Notes: generated by a model from the letters alone, not told the origin. A DNA stretch of 63,959 nt, filler included, from Aduncisulcus paluster (GCA_024181965.1; 5 parts of 5 records of this genome joined end to end with filler, not necessarily neighbours in it); one strand, 5' to 3'; positions 23,801 to 36,348 are shown, numbered from the whole stretch's first letter. Numbers and translations: made by a program.

Positions 23801-24023
23801 ACCTCTTCGACAATCTGTGTATGACTTTATCGAGCGGACTGGTGCATGTGTGGAAATCCTATTTGAAGAACAAACATGTTCATTCGAAGGGTTCGATCAG
23901 GAAGCTTGGAAGGAAGGCATGGAGGAAGTTGAAGAAGAATGTAAAATGATAAGGTCACAAGAAAGCTCGGGTTGTGAAGATCTTGGTGATTTCTACCCGG
24001 CGTTTGCTTCTGGATACGTGTAA
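20868..24023 (+). CDS. Lineage-specific Leu/Ile/Cys-rich helical (ARM/HEAT-like) repeat protein
   Basis: Three long internal repeats marked by WTNILKNIT / WTNILGNIT / WMTILGNIT and FFVNLSC / FFSNLSS / YFSNLCC; starts mid-repeat, so the 5' end may be incomplete. Confidence 0.75.
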   Translation: MKKYNDMKFYFLWTNILKNITLDEKNSKPHNDRSSQLLFMLHPVLDVIKGGFIRLDKKCFLFLLCFFVNLSCIPSQAIEVFNAIEDILSGLFIVLHRNSCTSAMKQWCSLLVLFSTIPSLVPRLAHRKYVEKFELCRNCIKCETFFSRFLGNVYPELKKWDEIISTISGFCDDPSSKVWIPTVFGKFVKKKLRESGRILYYEVKESILSVLKSSVTQESIHQNRKEIILCAICLGKFCHYFSSDSYLLQFSKQRNCKILCRSSDILDIASIFLAHLSRINQHLDGAIDNEYCKICVNFSYVVKSKIEPFISNIFPCLDSILKRGPLRLRPRNLLLTIRNISNTSSLSIKHSIADIIVPHFESWMRNYPDDSSMRIWTNILGNITYSEKSKTSIQDICSKVWPHFSSIFSFLNDSMRSSEHREQWSKDLHHYLFFFSNLSSNPLYASKIYECVENVLYEWYCAIKQEKKVKLGLDYWCKLVSIFSSISGDPKFASKYDIEMMFCMKWYQKKKKNFDFIHCLYIDYLRNTHPKLGKWAELIDKIKKSRNNPASQVDLYLKHFHFLHNLFDRYQTVCEIHEHKIQFLLCFQCLALFVESFQAVNAKVTIELVDSFILNMIRVEEVLEGEVEEEFCKICLYYSCIAKKDRRDSLLQRIYFSCKRIFMRAVSPIMKSTYFYSNNSINVLKILQNISISSSISTKSSIFNLIYPIIQDWLSFPRDKVIYGYWMTILGNITWADDLDSPIREICSKAWSLFSSVVNIAREEFVGGEIVNNYNYYVLFYFSNLCCDPHRAIKIFNCIEDLLYSWFLEIKKYSSNPFRSLTPLKRMVDFMMVLSNNSTLIPRISPKFDVEMKYCQLKFNIRPYISNVNFHMARSFLVEILYLTPSISLIPSIEISLTPELDEYYVATHVCLIGSGKDVYSSVVQFDSLRGKTLKLKKIIFPLGKEITRNTRQVTHSSLIKYTPPQHMLVTMSFTEERPLRQSVYDFIERTGACVEILFEEQTCSFEGFDQEAWKEGMEEVEEECKMIRSQESSGCEDLGDFYPAFASGYV

Positions 24024-24268
24024 AAGTTATCAATGTAACCAATACCAACCTTCGTTTTTTCCAAGTCTCTGAATGACTGGTTGTAATATATCCATGAATC
24101 CAAATCTAGAGCATAATTTGAGTTTATCGATCATTGCAATTTGCAATAATGTTTTCCCTGAATAACAAACACGATTTGTCTTATTTTCTCCCATAAATCA
24201 AAGATTTATTTATAAAACCCCCTTAATCTAGCAAGAACTAGCATTTTTAGCAAGAATAGAAATAAGGT

Positions 24269-24717
24269 GTTCTATTTTTAGAAAATCTATTTTTAGAATT
24301 GTCATTTCAAAAATGTCATAAAAACTCCATTTTCAACGTTTTTAAAGTGAAACCTTGTCGAACAAACAGGAATAACCTGATATTCGGGTTGTGAAGATCT
24401 TGTTGATTTCTGGAGCTTGGATCTGGATACAAATAAAGCCTATCATGTGATATCGTAGATTGGCAAAGTGCCGGTGATACAATTTACTAAAATATAATGC
24501 TGTATAAATCTTACCATAGAAACGGAGAAATAATAATAAAATAATCTCATGTATAAATAATGGCACTAAAATAGGCATTATTATACCACACTATCAATAG
24601 GCGCGTTGCGCGACTATAGCCTCTTAATTTACTCATAATTATTGTTTTTGAGTGAAATTATGAAAGTGAGTTCTATTTTTAGACAATCTATTTTTAGAAT
24701 TGCAATTTCTAAAATGT
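24269..24717. repeat. Two ~48-bp imperfect direct repeats (24269-24316, 24670-24717)
   Basis: gttctatttttagaMaatctatttttagaattg...ttc.aaaatgt occurs twice, 401 bp apart. Confidence 0.8.
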
Positions 24718-25108
24718 GAGTACAATGATATTGTTGACATATTCAACAGATTTGAAGTAAAATTTAATCAAATGAAAAGAAATAAGAGACTTTAAGGGAA
24801 ATTGAGGCTAAATCCGATCTCATAAAATTGCCAACTATAGTCACAATTTTTGTCAAGACAACACATGATAGACACTTTGGTATATTCTCCTTTTTTAAAA
24901 TTTAGCCTAAAACAATGTCATGAAATTTTGACCACCTCGATTGATGTTTCACCGCCAAAACAAAATCGCTTTTTCTTATTTTATTCATCGATTTATCAGT
25001 TTCAGTTCAAAGTTTGAATTGAATATAGAGTTATTGGTGACATAGAATATTTTTCGATATCATATCGACAATATGATTCTCACGAAGAAAAATATAATAA
25101 ATAATTAA

Positions 25109-25947
25109 CTATTCCTTCCCAAGACTCCTCAAGAATTCTGCATGTTCCATAAGAACAGCGCGTATTTTCTCTCTTTCAAGAATATATTTGCTTAATTCGC
25201 GTTGTTTTTGTCTTCTTAACAACATATCATCAACATCTCTTTCTATTTTGTTCTGAGGTTCCCTATGTTTTGTTGGAACATCATAATGCTGATGCTTGTG
25301 ATAGTGTCTGTACTTTGCAACAACTTTTCCACGTCCAACGGGAGGTGATGGCACAAAGGGCGATGAAGGATACGAATAAGAATCAGTTGAAGTTGAAGAG
25401 GCCACTGAGGGCGAGGGAGAAACATAATATCTCCGACCATGGTGCCTAGCAGGAACATATACTTCTTTAACACGCCGCAGGGCAACAACTCTCTTGTTTC
25501 TAGTGGATTTTATCTCGTGTTCCTTTTTCTTGGATTTTTTAGATTTTTCATCATACAACTTGGTCTTCAATTTCTTTTCATATCGTGACTCATGTTTGTG
25601 TTTATCCTGAGAGATAATTCTTTTCTCCTCTCCCTCTCCCTCTTCCTCTTCCTCTTCCTCTTCCTCCTCCTCTTCCTCTTCCTCTTCCTCTTCCTCTTCC
25701 TCCTCTTCCTCTTCTTCTTCCCTCTTGCTCTTCTTTACCTTCTTCTCTCTTCTTTCCCATCTCTTCTTCCCTTTCCCATGAGACTCCTTATCAACTCCTT
25801 TAACTTGGTCTACAAGCCTCCAGATCGAGGATAAGACCTTTGGGGTATCAGGAAGGGAAGAAATACCGCTCATGAGTCCAGGTTCAAGGGCAGGCAGCAT
25901 CGATGACAGAGAATGGGTCGCAGAGAGAGATTGTAGGTGGGGAAGAG
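25109..25947 (-). CDS. 5'-truncated hypothetical protein with poly-Glu tract
   Basis: Frame is open from the contig end (LPHLQSLSATHSLSSM...) to the stop at 25109; GAA/GAG microsatellite at ~25625-25720. Confidence 0.6.
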
Positions 25948-26047
25948 NNNNNNNNNNNNNNNNNNNNNNNNNNNNNNNNNNNNNNNNNNNNTTAATTAAT
26001 TAANNNNNNNNNNNNNNNNNNNNNNNNNNNNNNNNNNNNNNNNNNNN
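25948..26047. other. Artificial contig linker
   Basis: N44-TTAATTAATTAA-N44 (stops in all six frames). Confidence 0.97.
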
Positions 26048-26476
26048 GGAAGAAGAGTGTGGCATAGAGAATAGAAGAGGACTTGGAGGGAATTCTCATT
26101 GTGAACGAGTTCTTCCTGAAAGAGGAAGAGCCCCCATTGCAAGGGATCGATCCGATGGATTTGTAACTCCACTTGTCCCGCCTCAATATGGCCCGGAATG
26201 TCGAGAACCTTCATCTTCAATCAAACATTCTGAAGATCATGATAAATAAAACGATTTTTTAATTCTTTTTTTTTGCATCCCCAATTTTTGAAAAACTCAG
26301 AATCGATCTCTTGAAAAACTGCAAAATAGACAAATCTTGAATTGATTTCACTCATTCATTTATCTTACCCATTTATAATTAATGTCTGCAATAATCGTGG
26401 AAGGACCCAAGATACTCACTTCTGAGGCGTGGATGAGAGAGTTATTTTGTCTCGTTTTGTCTCCGTTGAAACATCA

Positions 26477-28512
26477 ATGTTGCCATCAAATGCACAAAAG
26501 AAACGTTTAGATGTATGTTATTGCTCTTTAATGCAATTTACTTCATAAAATTACTTATTTCCCCCGCTTTTCTCTATTTTTAGGAGTTGTCCAAGGTCGA
26601 CTTCCTTTCTGACTATGAAGCCATCAATCCTCTCTCTAAAGACGATGAAGAATATATGCCCATGCCTTATCCTATGGTATTTTATCGTTTGTACTACTGT
26701 TTGGTGCGTTTTCAGAGTCTTCTTGAAAAACTCGCAAGGGCAAGTGCTCTCAATTGCCTCCCGGAGAAAGTTCCTGCCATGGACGATGAAAAGTTTGGTT
26801 TGGGCATGTTGCCACCCTGTTCTCTTCCATACTGCGGTCGTGACTTCTTCCGTCGTCTCTCCGATGATTGTAGTGAAATAAGAAGAAGAATTGAGGACAG
26901 AAAGATTAGTTCACTTGAAACATTTGCTGAAAGGCTTGTTGTTTATATTTGTATTCGTGAATTCTATAAACCCGAATGGTCTGATGAAAAATGGGTTAAG
27001 GAAGCCGGTCTTAATGGATATGCCACTGTAGTTGCCGACAAAATTATTAAAACAACAGAAGAAAAAAGCGAAGAAGAGATTCAAGATGCTATTCATGCCC
27101 TGTATCACCATTTTGACATACACATTGATGAACTCGGAGAAATGAGCAAAATTTATTTGCTTTCTTCTGATTATTATGTCATCAACGAGGAGACTGATCC
27201 CAAAGATCCACGTTTCCTTGACATTACCTGCCCAATCAACTGGTCCGACGAGTGTCAACGCCAGCCCATTGAGGTGGAGTCAGGTGTGATCCATCAACTG
27301 GTAACTGACACTGAAGTCGAGGGAATAATTGCCGGTCTCAAGGATGAGGTTTCTTTGAAGAAGGAAGCTTCCAAACCCATGCGTCATAGAAAACCGAGAA
27401 ACAAATTTAATAATTCTCGGAAAGGAAAGAAACCTCAAAAACATGCCAAAACCGAAGAATCTTCCAAGAAAGAAGTTGAAGAGGGAATTAAGGATTTGAA
27501 AGTTGACGAAAAAGAGAAGGAAGGCGCCCCTGTACACCCCAAACAAGACAAGAAAGTTGAAGGCAAGGAAGAAGGAGAGAAGGAGAAGAGAGGTGGAAGA
27601 GGTAGAGGAAGAGGTAGAGGCAGAGGTAGAGGTAGAGGAAGAGGCAGAGGTAGAGGAAATGGAAAGAGAAGTCCCAAAGAAGGCGAAGACAATTCCGTAG
27701 ATACCAAAATTCCCTCACCCAAAACAGGAAAAAATCCAAACGCTAAGAGTCCAAACCCTTCCAAGAAAGATAAGGGCGTTAAGAAAGAAAACCGAGAAAC
27801 AAATTTAATAATTCTCGGAAAGGAAAGAAACCTCAAAAACATGCCAAAACCGAAGAATCTTCCAAGAAAGAAGTTGAAGAGGGAATTAAGGATTTGAAAG
27901 TTGACGAAAAAGAGAAGGAAGGCGCCCCTGTACACCCCAAACAAGACAAGAAAGTTGAAGGCAAGGAAGAAGGAGAGAAGGGTTGAAGAGGGAATTAAGG
28001 ATTTGAAAGTTGACGAAAAAGAGAAGGAAGGCGCCCCTGTACACCCCAAACAAGACAAGAAAGTTGAAGGCAAGGAAGAAGGAGAGAAGGAGAAGAGAGG
28101 TGGAAGAGGTAGAGGAAGAGGTAGAGGCAGAGGTAGAGGTAGAGGAAGAGGCAGAGGTAGAGGAAATGGAAAGAGAAGTCCCAAAGAAGGCGAAGACAAT
28201 TCCGTAGATACCAAAATTCCCTCACCCAAAACAGGAAAAAATCCAAACGCTAAGAGTCCAAACCCTTCCAAGAAAGATAAGGGCGTTAAGAAAGAGAGTC
28301 CCGTCAAATCCGAAAAACAAAAAGAAACTCCCGTTAAGAAGGAAACTCCTGTTAAAAAGGAAGCTCCTGTTAAAAAGGAACCTACTGTTAAAAAGGAACC
28401 TACTGTTAAAAAGGAAGCTCCTGTTAAGAAGGAAGCTCCCGTTAAGAAAGAACCCACTGTCAAATCTGAAAAACCTATTAAATCTGAAAAATCTGCGCCC
28501 GAGCAGAAATAG
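26477..28512 (+). CDS. Hypothetical protein with globular N-domain, (RG)n tract and KKExPV-type repeats; intron 26513-26583; internal 507-nt duplication
   Basis: GTATGT...TTTAG intron joins MLPSNAQKKRLD to ELSKVDF in frame; collapsing the identical copies at ~27787-28293 yields ~485 aa. Confidence 0.7.
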
Positions 28513-29018
28513 ATTGTCATGTTTTGTATTTGATCAATAAAAAATTGTTTAATTAATGTCCAATTTTACTAGTTTCCATTCATATTATTTTACGCAATCA
28601 GATTTTAGTGTAAGATCAACGAACTAAGAAAGTCCTCTTTGACAGCCATTAGAAGATTTAAATGCAGCAGTAATGGCTATTTTGCCTTAAAAATATCAAT
28701 ATTTTTTGAAAACTAAAAGAATTTAATATCATTTCCATTATTTTAAGGTAAATACTTGGAATTGCTGATATGTCGTTAATCTCTGAACGAACCGTCAATA
28801 TATATATATCTTTTTTGCAATGTTGTGAGTTTATTATGGATAACAATATTGTACAGCATTGTACATACCGAAAATTGCTGCCAACCTTGTCACCTTGAAA
28901 TATGACACTCTTGTCACTGTGATTTATTGTTGAATTAACTCTCCCACAATATTTCGAGAACAATTCCATTCATTCACGTGTTGTTATTTTATTCTATTTT
29001 TATATATTGTTATTATTT

Positions 29019-29738
29019 ATGGATCCTTCCCACCAAGAAAGAACTGGGGCAACAACTCCTCGGGTTGAATCAAAAATTTTTCATTCCTCAGACAGGCTTC
29101 CTGCAAGATCAGTTTCCATAGATACTGTTGTTCACAGACATTCATACATTTCCTCAGATACATCTCCTCATGAAAGGAGTAGTGAACATTATGATATATC
29201 TCTTGTTGCAGAAACACCTTCAACTTCTACAGCAACATCATTTTCTTATGGGTATTCGGGAGATTTACTTCAAGATCAAAGGAAAATGGCACCCAAAATC
29301 GATAGTGTTCAAATTCAGTCATGTAATTCCAAGTCTCAAAAAACAAAATCCCCATTGAGTGAAAGAAGTGTTGTTACATCGTTATTAGATGTCGAAAGTC
29401 AGTCAGAACGAGGTCTAAGCGATCATTCCCCGAAAATAGGAGAGCAGAAAAAAAAGCAGAAAGACTCTGAACATAAGACAATATCAGATCAATTTATTGA
29501 AGAAATACAGCCACCATCACATGATTTGCGACCAATCCCATCTCTTTGTAAGTCTTTTCAGAACAAAAGTCTACCTCAATATAAAATAGAATCTGGAATG
29601 TCAACTTCGAAAAAAATCATGAAAAGGATCTCGATTTCTTCTACTCTTGAGCTGTTTTCTTTCGTTGAAATTGTTTTCACCATCATTATCCTCATTCTAG
29701 CTTTTCGAAAAGTATTCTCCATGATTGAACGACCCTGA
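29019..29738 (+). CDS. Ser-rich protein with C-terminal TM helix (tail-anchored-like)
   Basis: ATG at 29019; polar low-complexity body; LFSFVEIVFTIIILILAF near the C-terminus. Confidence 0.6.
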   Translation: MDPSHQERTGATTPRVESKIFHSSDRLPARSVSIDTVVHRHSYISSDTSPHERSSEHYDISLVAETPSTSTATSFSYGYSGDLLQDQRKMAPKIDSVQIQSCNSKSQKTKSPLSERSVVTSLLDVESQSERGLSDHSPKIGEQKKKQKDSEHKTISDQFIEEIQPPSHDLRPIPSLCKSFQNKSLPQYKIESGMSTSKKIMKRISISSTLELFSFVEIVFTIIILILAFRKVFSMIERP

Positions 29739-30011
29739 GTTTAGAATCCCATTCAAAACATAGAACTTTAAGAAACATAAAATGATAATATTGCTGTATA
29801 GTAAAATAATCCTTGTATATTTTCCAGACATTCTGAACACTTCTATCAGCTCATATTCGAGCTACTTCACTCCAAATATAATCATTTCATTTATTATTTT
29901 CATAATTACAAAACTATCAGGATTTTATTATCCTTTTTGCAAAGAAGAAATCCCTGTATCCAAAAAAATCGATTTTTTGTATCAATCATATAAATTATAC
30001 GATAAATTGTA

Positions 30012-33000
30012 ATGAAATACTTAAAAATATTATATCTATATATCATAACCTTCTTTATTTTTATTATTAACATCAAATGTACAGATTTAATCTTCAATTG
30101 GAATCTTTCATATCCATTAAATGGGACCATGAGTGTACTTGACGTTGATTCTCTACCTGCATCTGAAAATGCCACAGATATTCAAGCTTTTACATTTATA
30201 ATTGATTTGGGAGTCGGTGCTGGATCCTCTATCACTGTCGCAAATTTTGGGACCAGTTCATTTACAACTGTTTTCCCATTTATATTTATGGATGATACAC
30301 AAACTGATTTATCAACTCTTTCTTCATTTACTGCTACATTGACAGGCACTACACAGTATGAAATCCCAGGCTACCTTTCGAGAAATTTATACCCCGTCAT
30401 ATGTAGCAGAGATTCAGATTATACCATTACCATGGAAATTTTTGGAATGAGTTCCCAATTTGTCATGAATTTTAAAACAATGTGTTCTGTTGGAACTGTT
30501 ATTGTCCAGGACCCTGTTATTGATCTTACAAATTACACATTATCTTATTCATATTATATTACATCATTCTTTGGGACCGAAAGCCTTGCGTTTTTTGCCT
30601 TTTGCTATGATGATCTCAATCCTTTGAGCAATTCCAATGATGTTGTTGCCCTGGGACGAGAAGTTAGCACTACAACCCTGATATATTTGCTATCTTCGGA
30701 CTCAGCTGACGTTAGTTCCATTAATAACATTGCCGAAATGACCGTTTCGTCGACAAATTCATTAGAACTCGAGGTGGCTCAGAATCAAGGGACATTCTCT
30801 GTAACGACGGGAACTCTTGGAACGGCCCTGAAAGAAAAACAGAAATACCCTTTTACCTTTTCTTTTGATGAGCAGCTTGAAGGTAAAAATGTGTCCCAAG
30901 ACATTACTTGTGGGTTATACGTGTATAAAGGGTCTTCTACAGATCCCTATGTTCTTGACACCTCAGATTCATCATCATACACGGAATTCACGAAGACATC
31001 TGTCACATATGCAAGCTGTGAGGATCCAACCCGGGTTTTGCTTCAGCCTTCGGGACTTTGTCTTGCTTGTAACATCGGAACTAAAGTTATCTCCGGTGCG
31101 TGCATCGATTGTGATATTTTCGAGACGTGCAGTTCATCGGGTACAATTACATCATGGACAGGCTTGGACTACAAGGTCTCCACAATGGTGTATGATTCCA
31201 GTTCAGGCGATGTATTGGACATGGTGTCTGCTACTGCTGAGTTTATGTATGAAATACTGGATGAAACAGCCACTACCTCGCTTTCAAGCCTGGAGAGTGG
31301 ACAAAACTTTGTCATTCGTATTTCTGTGAATAACACAGATGTGAACCCTGTTATCAACACTGGTCGAGGCATGGATGTGCTCGTACCTCTTTGGGACTCA
31401 TCCTATGCTACGAAAGACCAAGAAATAATTGATACAAATCCTTCTGGGACAGCTTCATATGACCAAGAGATCTCTATTAGTCTGGCCCCAGTTGTGGATG
31501 GATCAGGATATATACTACAAGGGACTTCCTCCACTCTTCAGGTCAAGGAGATCTACGAGCGAGGCATTAAGTTTTATTTAGACCTTGAAACCAGCAGCAA
31601 TGCTTCTCTAACCATCAACGATCCAACCTCTTATATCTATATAGATGTTACTGGTCCCAGTTCCATTGGAATCGAATCTACTGCGAATGCTACTGTCACA
31701 CACACGAACACAACCATCGATATTGACTCGTATCTTCGTTTTAATTACCAACCTTTGAATGATTTTGATATCTCGCTTAAATGTGATCCATCCTCGCTCA
31801 CTTCAACGACTTGCACTGTTGACGGGAGTTCTCAAACTTTCACGTGTTCTTATGCCATCGCGTCTAACTCGACCCTCGATGAGCAATTACTCCCCTATTC
31901 GTCTTCTTGTGAACTTGAATTCATTGAGAATGGTTCCACAACAAGCAGTATTGTTCAGTGGTATTCTGGAAGTGGATACACTGGAAACTTCTCCTTTACC
32001 TTGGATGATAGTTTCTTCACGTGCAATTCAACGTCCTACTTGCTTTCATCGACCAGTGGAGCTCAACGATGTGTTCTCGAGGACACTCTTGTTCCCAACA
32101 ATTATATGGTCATCGACAGTCTGAATCCACCCGCGGATGATGATATAAACCCGACTCTCCACGTAATATTCCCCGATGGAATCCCACAAAATCTTGATAC
32201 TTACACCCTATCTATTACTGTGACATGTGAGGATTCCACTGGAACTGAAATAATATCTGATACCCAAACTGTTGTCCAAGATACCTCTTCTTCCACAAGA
32301 GACATTGCATTCTCTCTTGACCCAAACGCTTACTATTCTGGAGATACCATATCTTCTTTGACTTGTTATGCTTATTATAATTCAAATACATCCACGTACA
32401 TTCATACCGATGCATCCGGCTATCCTGACATGTCTTTTGTGCTCAATGAGAGTGTATTAAATTGTTCACGGAGTCCAACATATCTCGGAAAGTTCTCGGA
32501 TACAACAACGAACGATCACCTTTGTCTCTTGCCCAATGAGTTATATGAGTTATTATATATCAATTCTGACCCATATTCCGGCATTGTATCGATCATGTTG
32601 CCTGAAGATGGATATCTTGGAACTGACACAGATTTGTCTATATCGATGGACAATGTTAATGGAAATATTATTCTTGATGATCCCGAAATTGCTGCAATTC
32701 ACATCACAATAGATTGTTCTTCAGACACTTCATTCGATTGCAGTTCCATTGATGATCCTATCGATGGTTCTTACCTCGGATCATTCAATTCCTCCTCTGG
32801 TTTTACTGAGGTTTTATCCCTTTCAATTACCCCCAATGATGTCCAACCGATTGATCGTGCCATCTTATCGTTTAATTTGAGCTTCGAAGATACTACAGGT
32901 GCTTCATACTCTTCATATTCGATATCATCTTCCCTGGCACAGCTCCAATTGCCCCTATTACGGCCGATATTAATTCAATTTGACTCTCAATCTGTGACAT

Positions 33001-36000
33001 ATGATGTAGCAACTGCTCCCAGTATTGTTCTTACCCTTGACTATTTGCCCCGTCCTGTGTCCAACATTGAGGTTGAATATGTCTGTGATTTATCTGCTGT
33101 CTCCTTCACCTCTTTTTCTTTCACTCCCGATCAAGCATATAACACTGCCTCAATGACTATGTCTGTCGATACTGCTTCATTGCCAAGCCTGTGTGGAGAC
33201 GTTGAGATGGAATGTTGGCCTGAGTTTGTAACGCTTGATGATGTTGTTTACCGAGAAGGTGTAAAAGTTTTGTCTGCATCGAATGTCACCGTCACCCTTC
33301 ATTATGATGCCTCAGTAACATGCCCAGCTGTGACTGCTGCATATGGCCCTAAGAATACCTCCTTGCACGATAGCTGTACACTTGACCCGGCTGTATCTCC
33401 AAGCTGTGATGCCTCTTCTGATCCCTTGCCCATTATTGTGCATCTCATTGAACCTGTGGATGATTCCTACCAAGATGTGCTTCCTTGGACAGATTCAACC
33501 TCGGTGGAAGTTGTCCCTTTCCCCATTAGTGAAGGAGCTTCAAATGTTATTAATGTTGCCAGTAGTGCTTCATCCCCGTCTTCTAATTCTGAATTTGATC
33601 TATTTTTAGCCCCAGATTCTGAATTGAATATTGGAAGTGCCATTATTGACAAGGATGTTACTCTTTGGGTGTCCTTTGAAGTTTATGGGGATTGCATATC
33701 CATCTCCCCTTCAATGACTTATGATACGACCCCTGTTGGAATCCCTGTGAATTGGCGCTTTACAGATCGTTCTGACGACAACGATTATCTCCGACTCCGT
33801 GTTACTGCCAACAGTGCGTATTCCTTGGTCTCATGTGGAATTCACGTTACTGTTATCCTTGACGATGGGGTCAGTGGATCTACATTCCAGAATGATCTCC
33901 CGTTCCTCATTTCTGGATCTGAAGTACCCTTATATGAAGATCTTGAGGCCGAGACGATGAGTGGAACTTCTGAAGCTATCCGTGAGTATCTGTGTGAAAA
34001 TCGAACTGAAGCAATGGAATGGCCCATTAAAGAAGGAGAATCAAACACAACTCTCCTCTTTTTACCTGATAGTTCCACCTGTACATATACTGTTAAAGAT
34101 TTTTCCCTATCAGGCTCTATTTCATTCAAGGGGACGATATATCCATGTTCTGATGTATTCAGTGTTTCTCTTGATGATCTAGGGAATGGATCAGGTGTGT
34201 TTTTATCATACTATTCTTCTACACTTGGTGCCAATGAAATGAAGGCTTCAGTTACAATTTCACATGATTCCGCATCATTCATGGATTATGCTCTTGTCCC
34301 ATACTATCAAGACTGTTACCTTGACTTTGACATTCACCGCCAATGCTCAGCCATTAGTGATACCCAAACCCTTGAAGGTGTAGGCGGCCCTCTAATATCT
34401 CTTAACTCAAACGATGCCAATTCCTTCACTCTCTCCTCTGAACTCGACTCTGGATCATCTGATTTCATCACTGAAGAAGAATACCCTTCCCTTACGATAA
34501 CGATGTCTCTCATCCCAGCTCCAGCGATCACCACTGCCGCCTTCGATGTGACATGTGATTGTTCCTCTGGGTGTGACTATACTGATTCCGTTGAGACATC
34601 GGTGTCAATTGACACATCGGTGCCAATATCTTCTTCAGGATATCCTATCACCATATCCCTCGATGAGTCCCTTCTTTCGGTGTACCGTAATTCTACTGGG
34701 GGAGGCACAAGTGAAATCATATGCGAGGCTACTCTCGTTTCCTATGGCGATGAGAGTGCATTAAACATTCCTTCGACAGCTCTTACTGTTGCTTTCCCTT
34801 CCCTATCCATCATGCATTTGTGTGGATCTGGTTACTCTCAGGACGCTGACACGTACCTCTGCATTGCTGACCCTGTTCCTGTTCCGGTGGATCCTGGAAT
34901 TCCTTGGTATTACTATTTATTAGGCGCTGGAGCTCTGTTTCTTCTCATATTGGGACTGCTGTGCCTTGTCTCATGTGTGAGGAAGAAGAGAGAGAAAGAG
35001 GAGCAGGAAAGGTTACGTCTGAAGAGAGAGAAGGAACGATTGGCAAAGGAGAAGAAAGATAAAGAGCTGAAAAGAAAGAGAGAGCTCCGACAACGCGAGA
35101 AAGAGAGAAGAGAGGCTGAAGCAGCCAGGAGACGAAAAGAGCATGAGGATGCTCTTGAACGTGCTGCCAGAGAGAAAATGCGTATTAACAGAAGGTCTAT
35201 TGCGGATATTATGGATGGGATGTCCTTCAGTGGATCCCCAGGGAGTGGAGGGATGCCAAGACATATGATGGGTTCAGGTTCAGACTTTAGAGGACGTTCT
35301 AAGACCATCCAGGATGTCCGTTCAAGACTAAACTCAATGGGCGATGGAGGTTTTGGTCTGTTGAGAACTTCAATCAACGATGGGATGAGAGGAGAGATGA
35401 TTGGAGTTAGAACAGGGTATGGTTACCTTGATGTTGAAGACATTGCCGGAAGAAATAGAGGAACTGAGGTGTCAGCCACCCCAACTCCCCATGCCGATTC
35501 AACTGTCCCACTGCCATCTCTGCACGTGGGAGAAGGACCTTCATTCCAGCAATACCCTAGTCTCCGTGAAGTTCCCAGTCGGAAAGTAGTAAGCTCTGTT
35601 GTGATAGATCCGTCAACTCCACCTGGAGAACGCAAAGATCACCAATTTACCATGCAAAAGAAGCGTAGCGAGTGGGAAGTTGGCCTTGAACATGTAATCC
35701 TTCAAGCTGTGGATGAACGTTCAAAATCAACTAGTGGAGTTGATCAGACGTCGAGATTATCGATGTCTCCACTACCTCCTCAACGTGGATTTGCTCACGA
35801 TCACCACGCTCCTAAAAATAGATACAGCGAAAATCCTTCATTCATGCGGCGAGGAATGAGTGTAGAGTCCCGTCAAATCCGAAAAACAAAAAGAAACTCC
35901 CGNNNNNNNNNNNNNNNNNNNNCTACCTCCTCAACGTGGATTTGCTCACGATCACCACGCTCCTAAAAATAGATACAGCGAAAATCCTTCATTCATGCGG

Positions 36001-36348
36001 CGAGGAATGAGTGTTCGAGAAGAGGGTAAGTATGGCGGAATTCCTCTTCAAACTCATATTGCTCCATCCAAGGATATTATCTCCCAGAGTGATGGTAGAG
36101 TTGTTAGAGGACGCAAGAAAGTGAGTCGTGGCGCAAAGAAAGGTTCCACAAGCTATCGTTCATCACTACCCTCTGCGCCTCTTCCTCCTCCCCCCCTGCC
36201 ACCCGCCCCGATGGTACCTTCAAGTCCGTCAATAGAGAGGTTTAGAGCAAGCATGAGCTCTGGATATCCATCAAGAACTACTGCTCGGCCTCTCATTCTT
36301 GAAAGGAAATTTATGAAAATTACTCCACTTAAATACAATCAAAAATGA
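30012..36348 (+). CDS. Large type I membrane/surface protein (~2061 aa after artefact removal)
   Basis: Hydrophobic signal peptide; ~1600-aa S/T/D-rich ectodomain with Cys clusters (CLACNIG...CIDC...C); TM WYYYLLGAGALFLLILGLLCLVSCV; charged coil; Pro-rich tail. Removing the 151-nt gap duplication restores the frame. Confidence 0.85.

Noticed and set aside
25948..26047. TTAATTAATTAA palindrome recurring four times
   Set aside because: Synthetic six-frame-stop linker; adjacency across it carries no biological meaning
27389..28293. Apparent internal triplication in the RG-repeat gene
   Set aside because: Identical copies with frame-breaking junctions next to low-complexity repeats; the net 507 nt collapses cleanly; most likely misassembly
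35864..35902. 39-nt copy of sequence from ~28295-28333 inserted in the surface-protein gene
   Set aside because: Sits at a gap edge and is absent from the duplicate copy across the gap; typical chimeric mate-pair read, not gene conversion or trans-splicing
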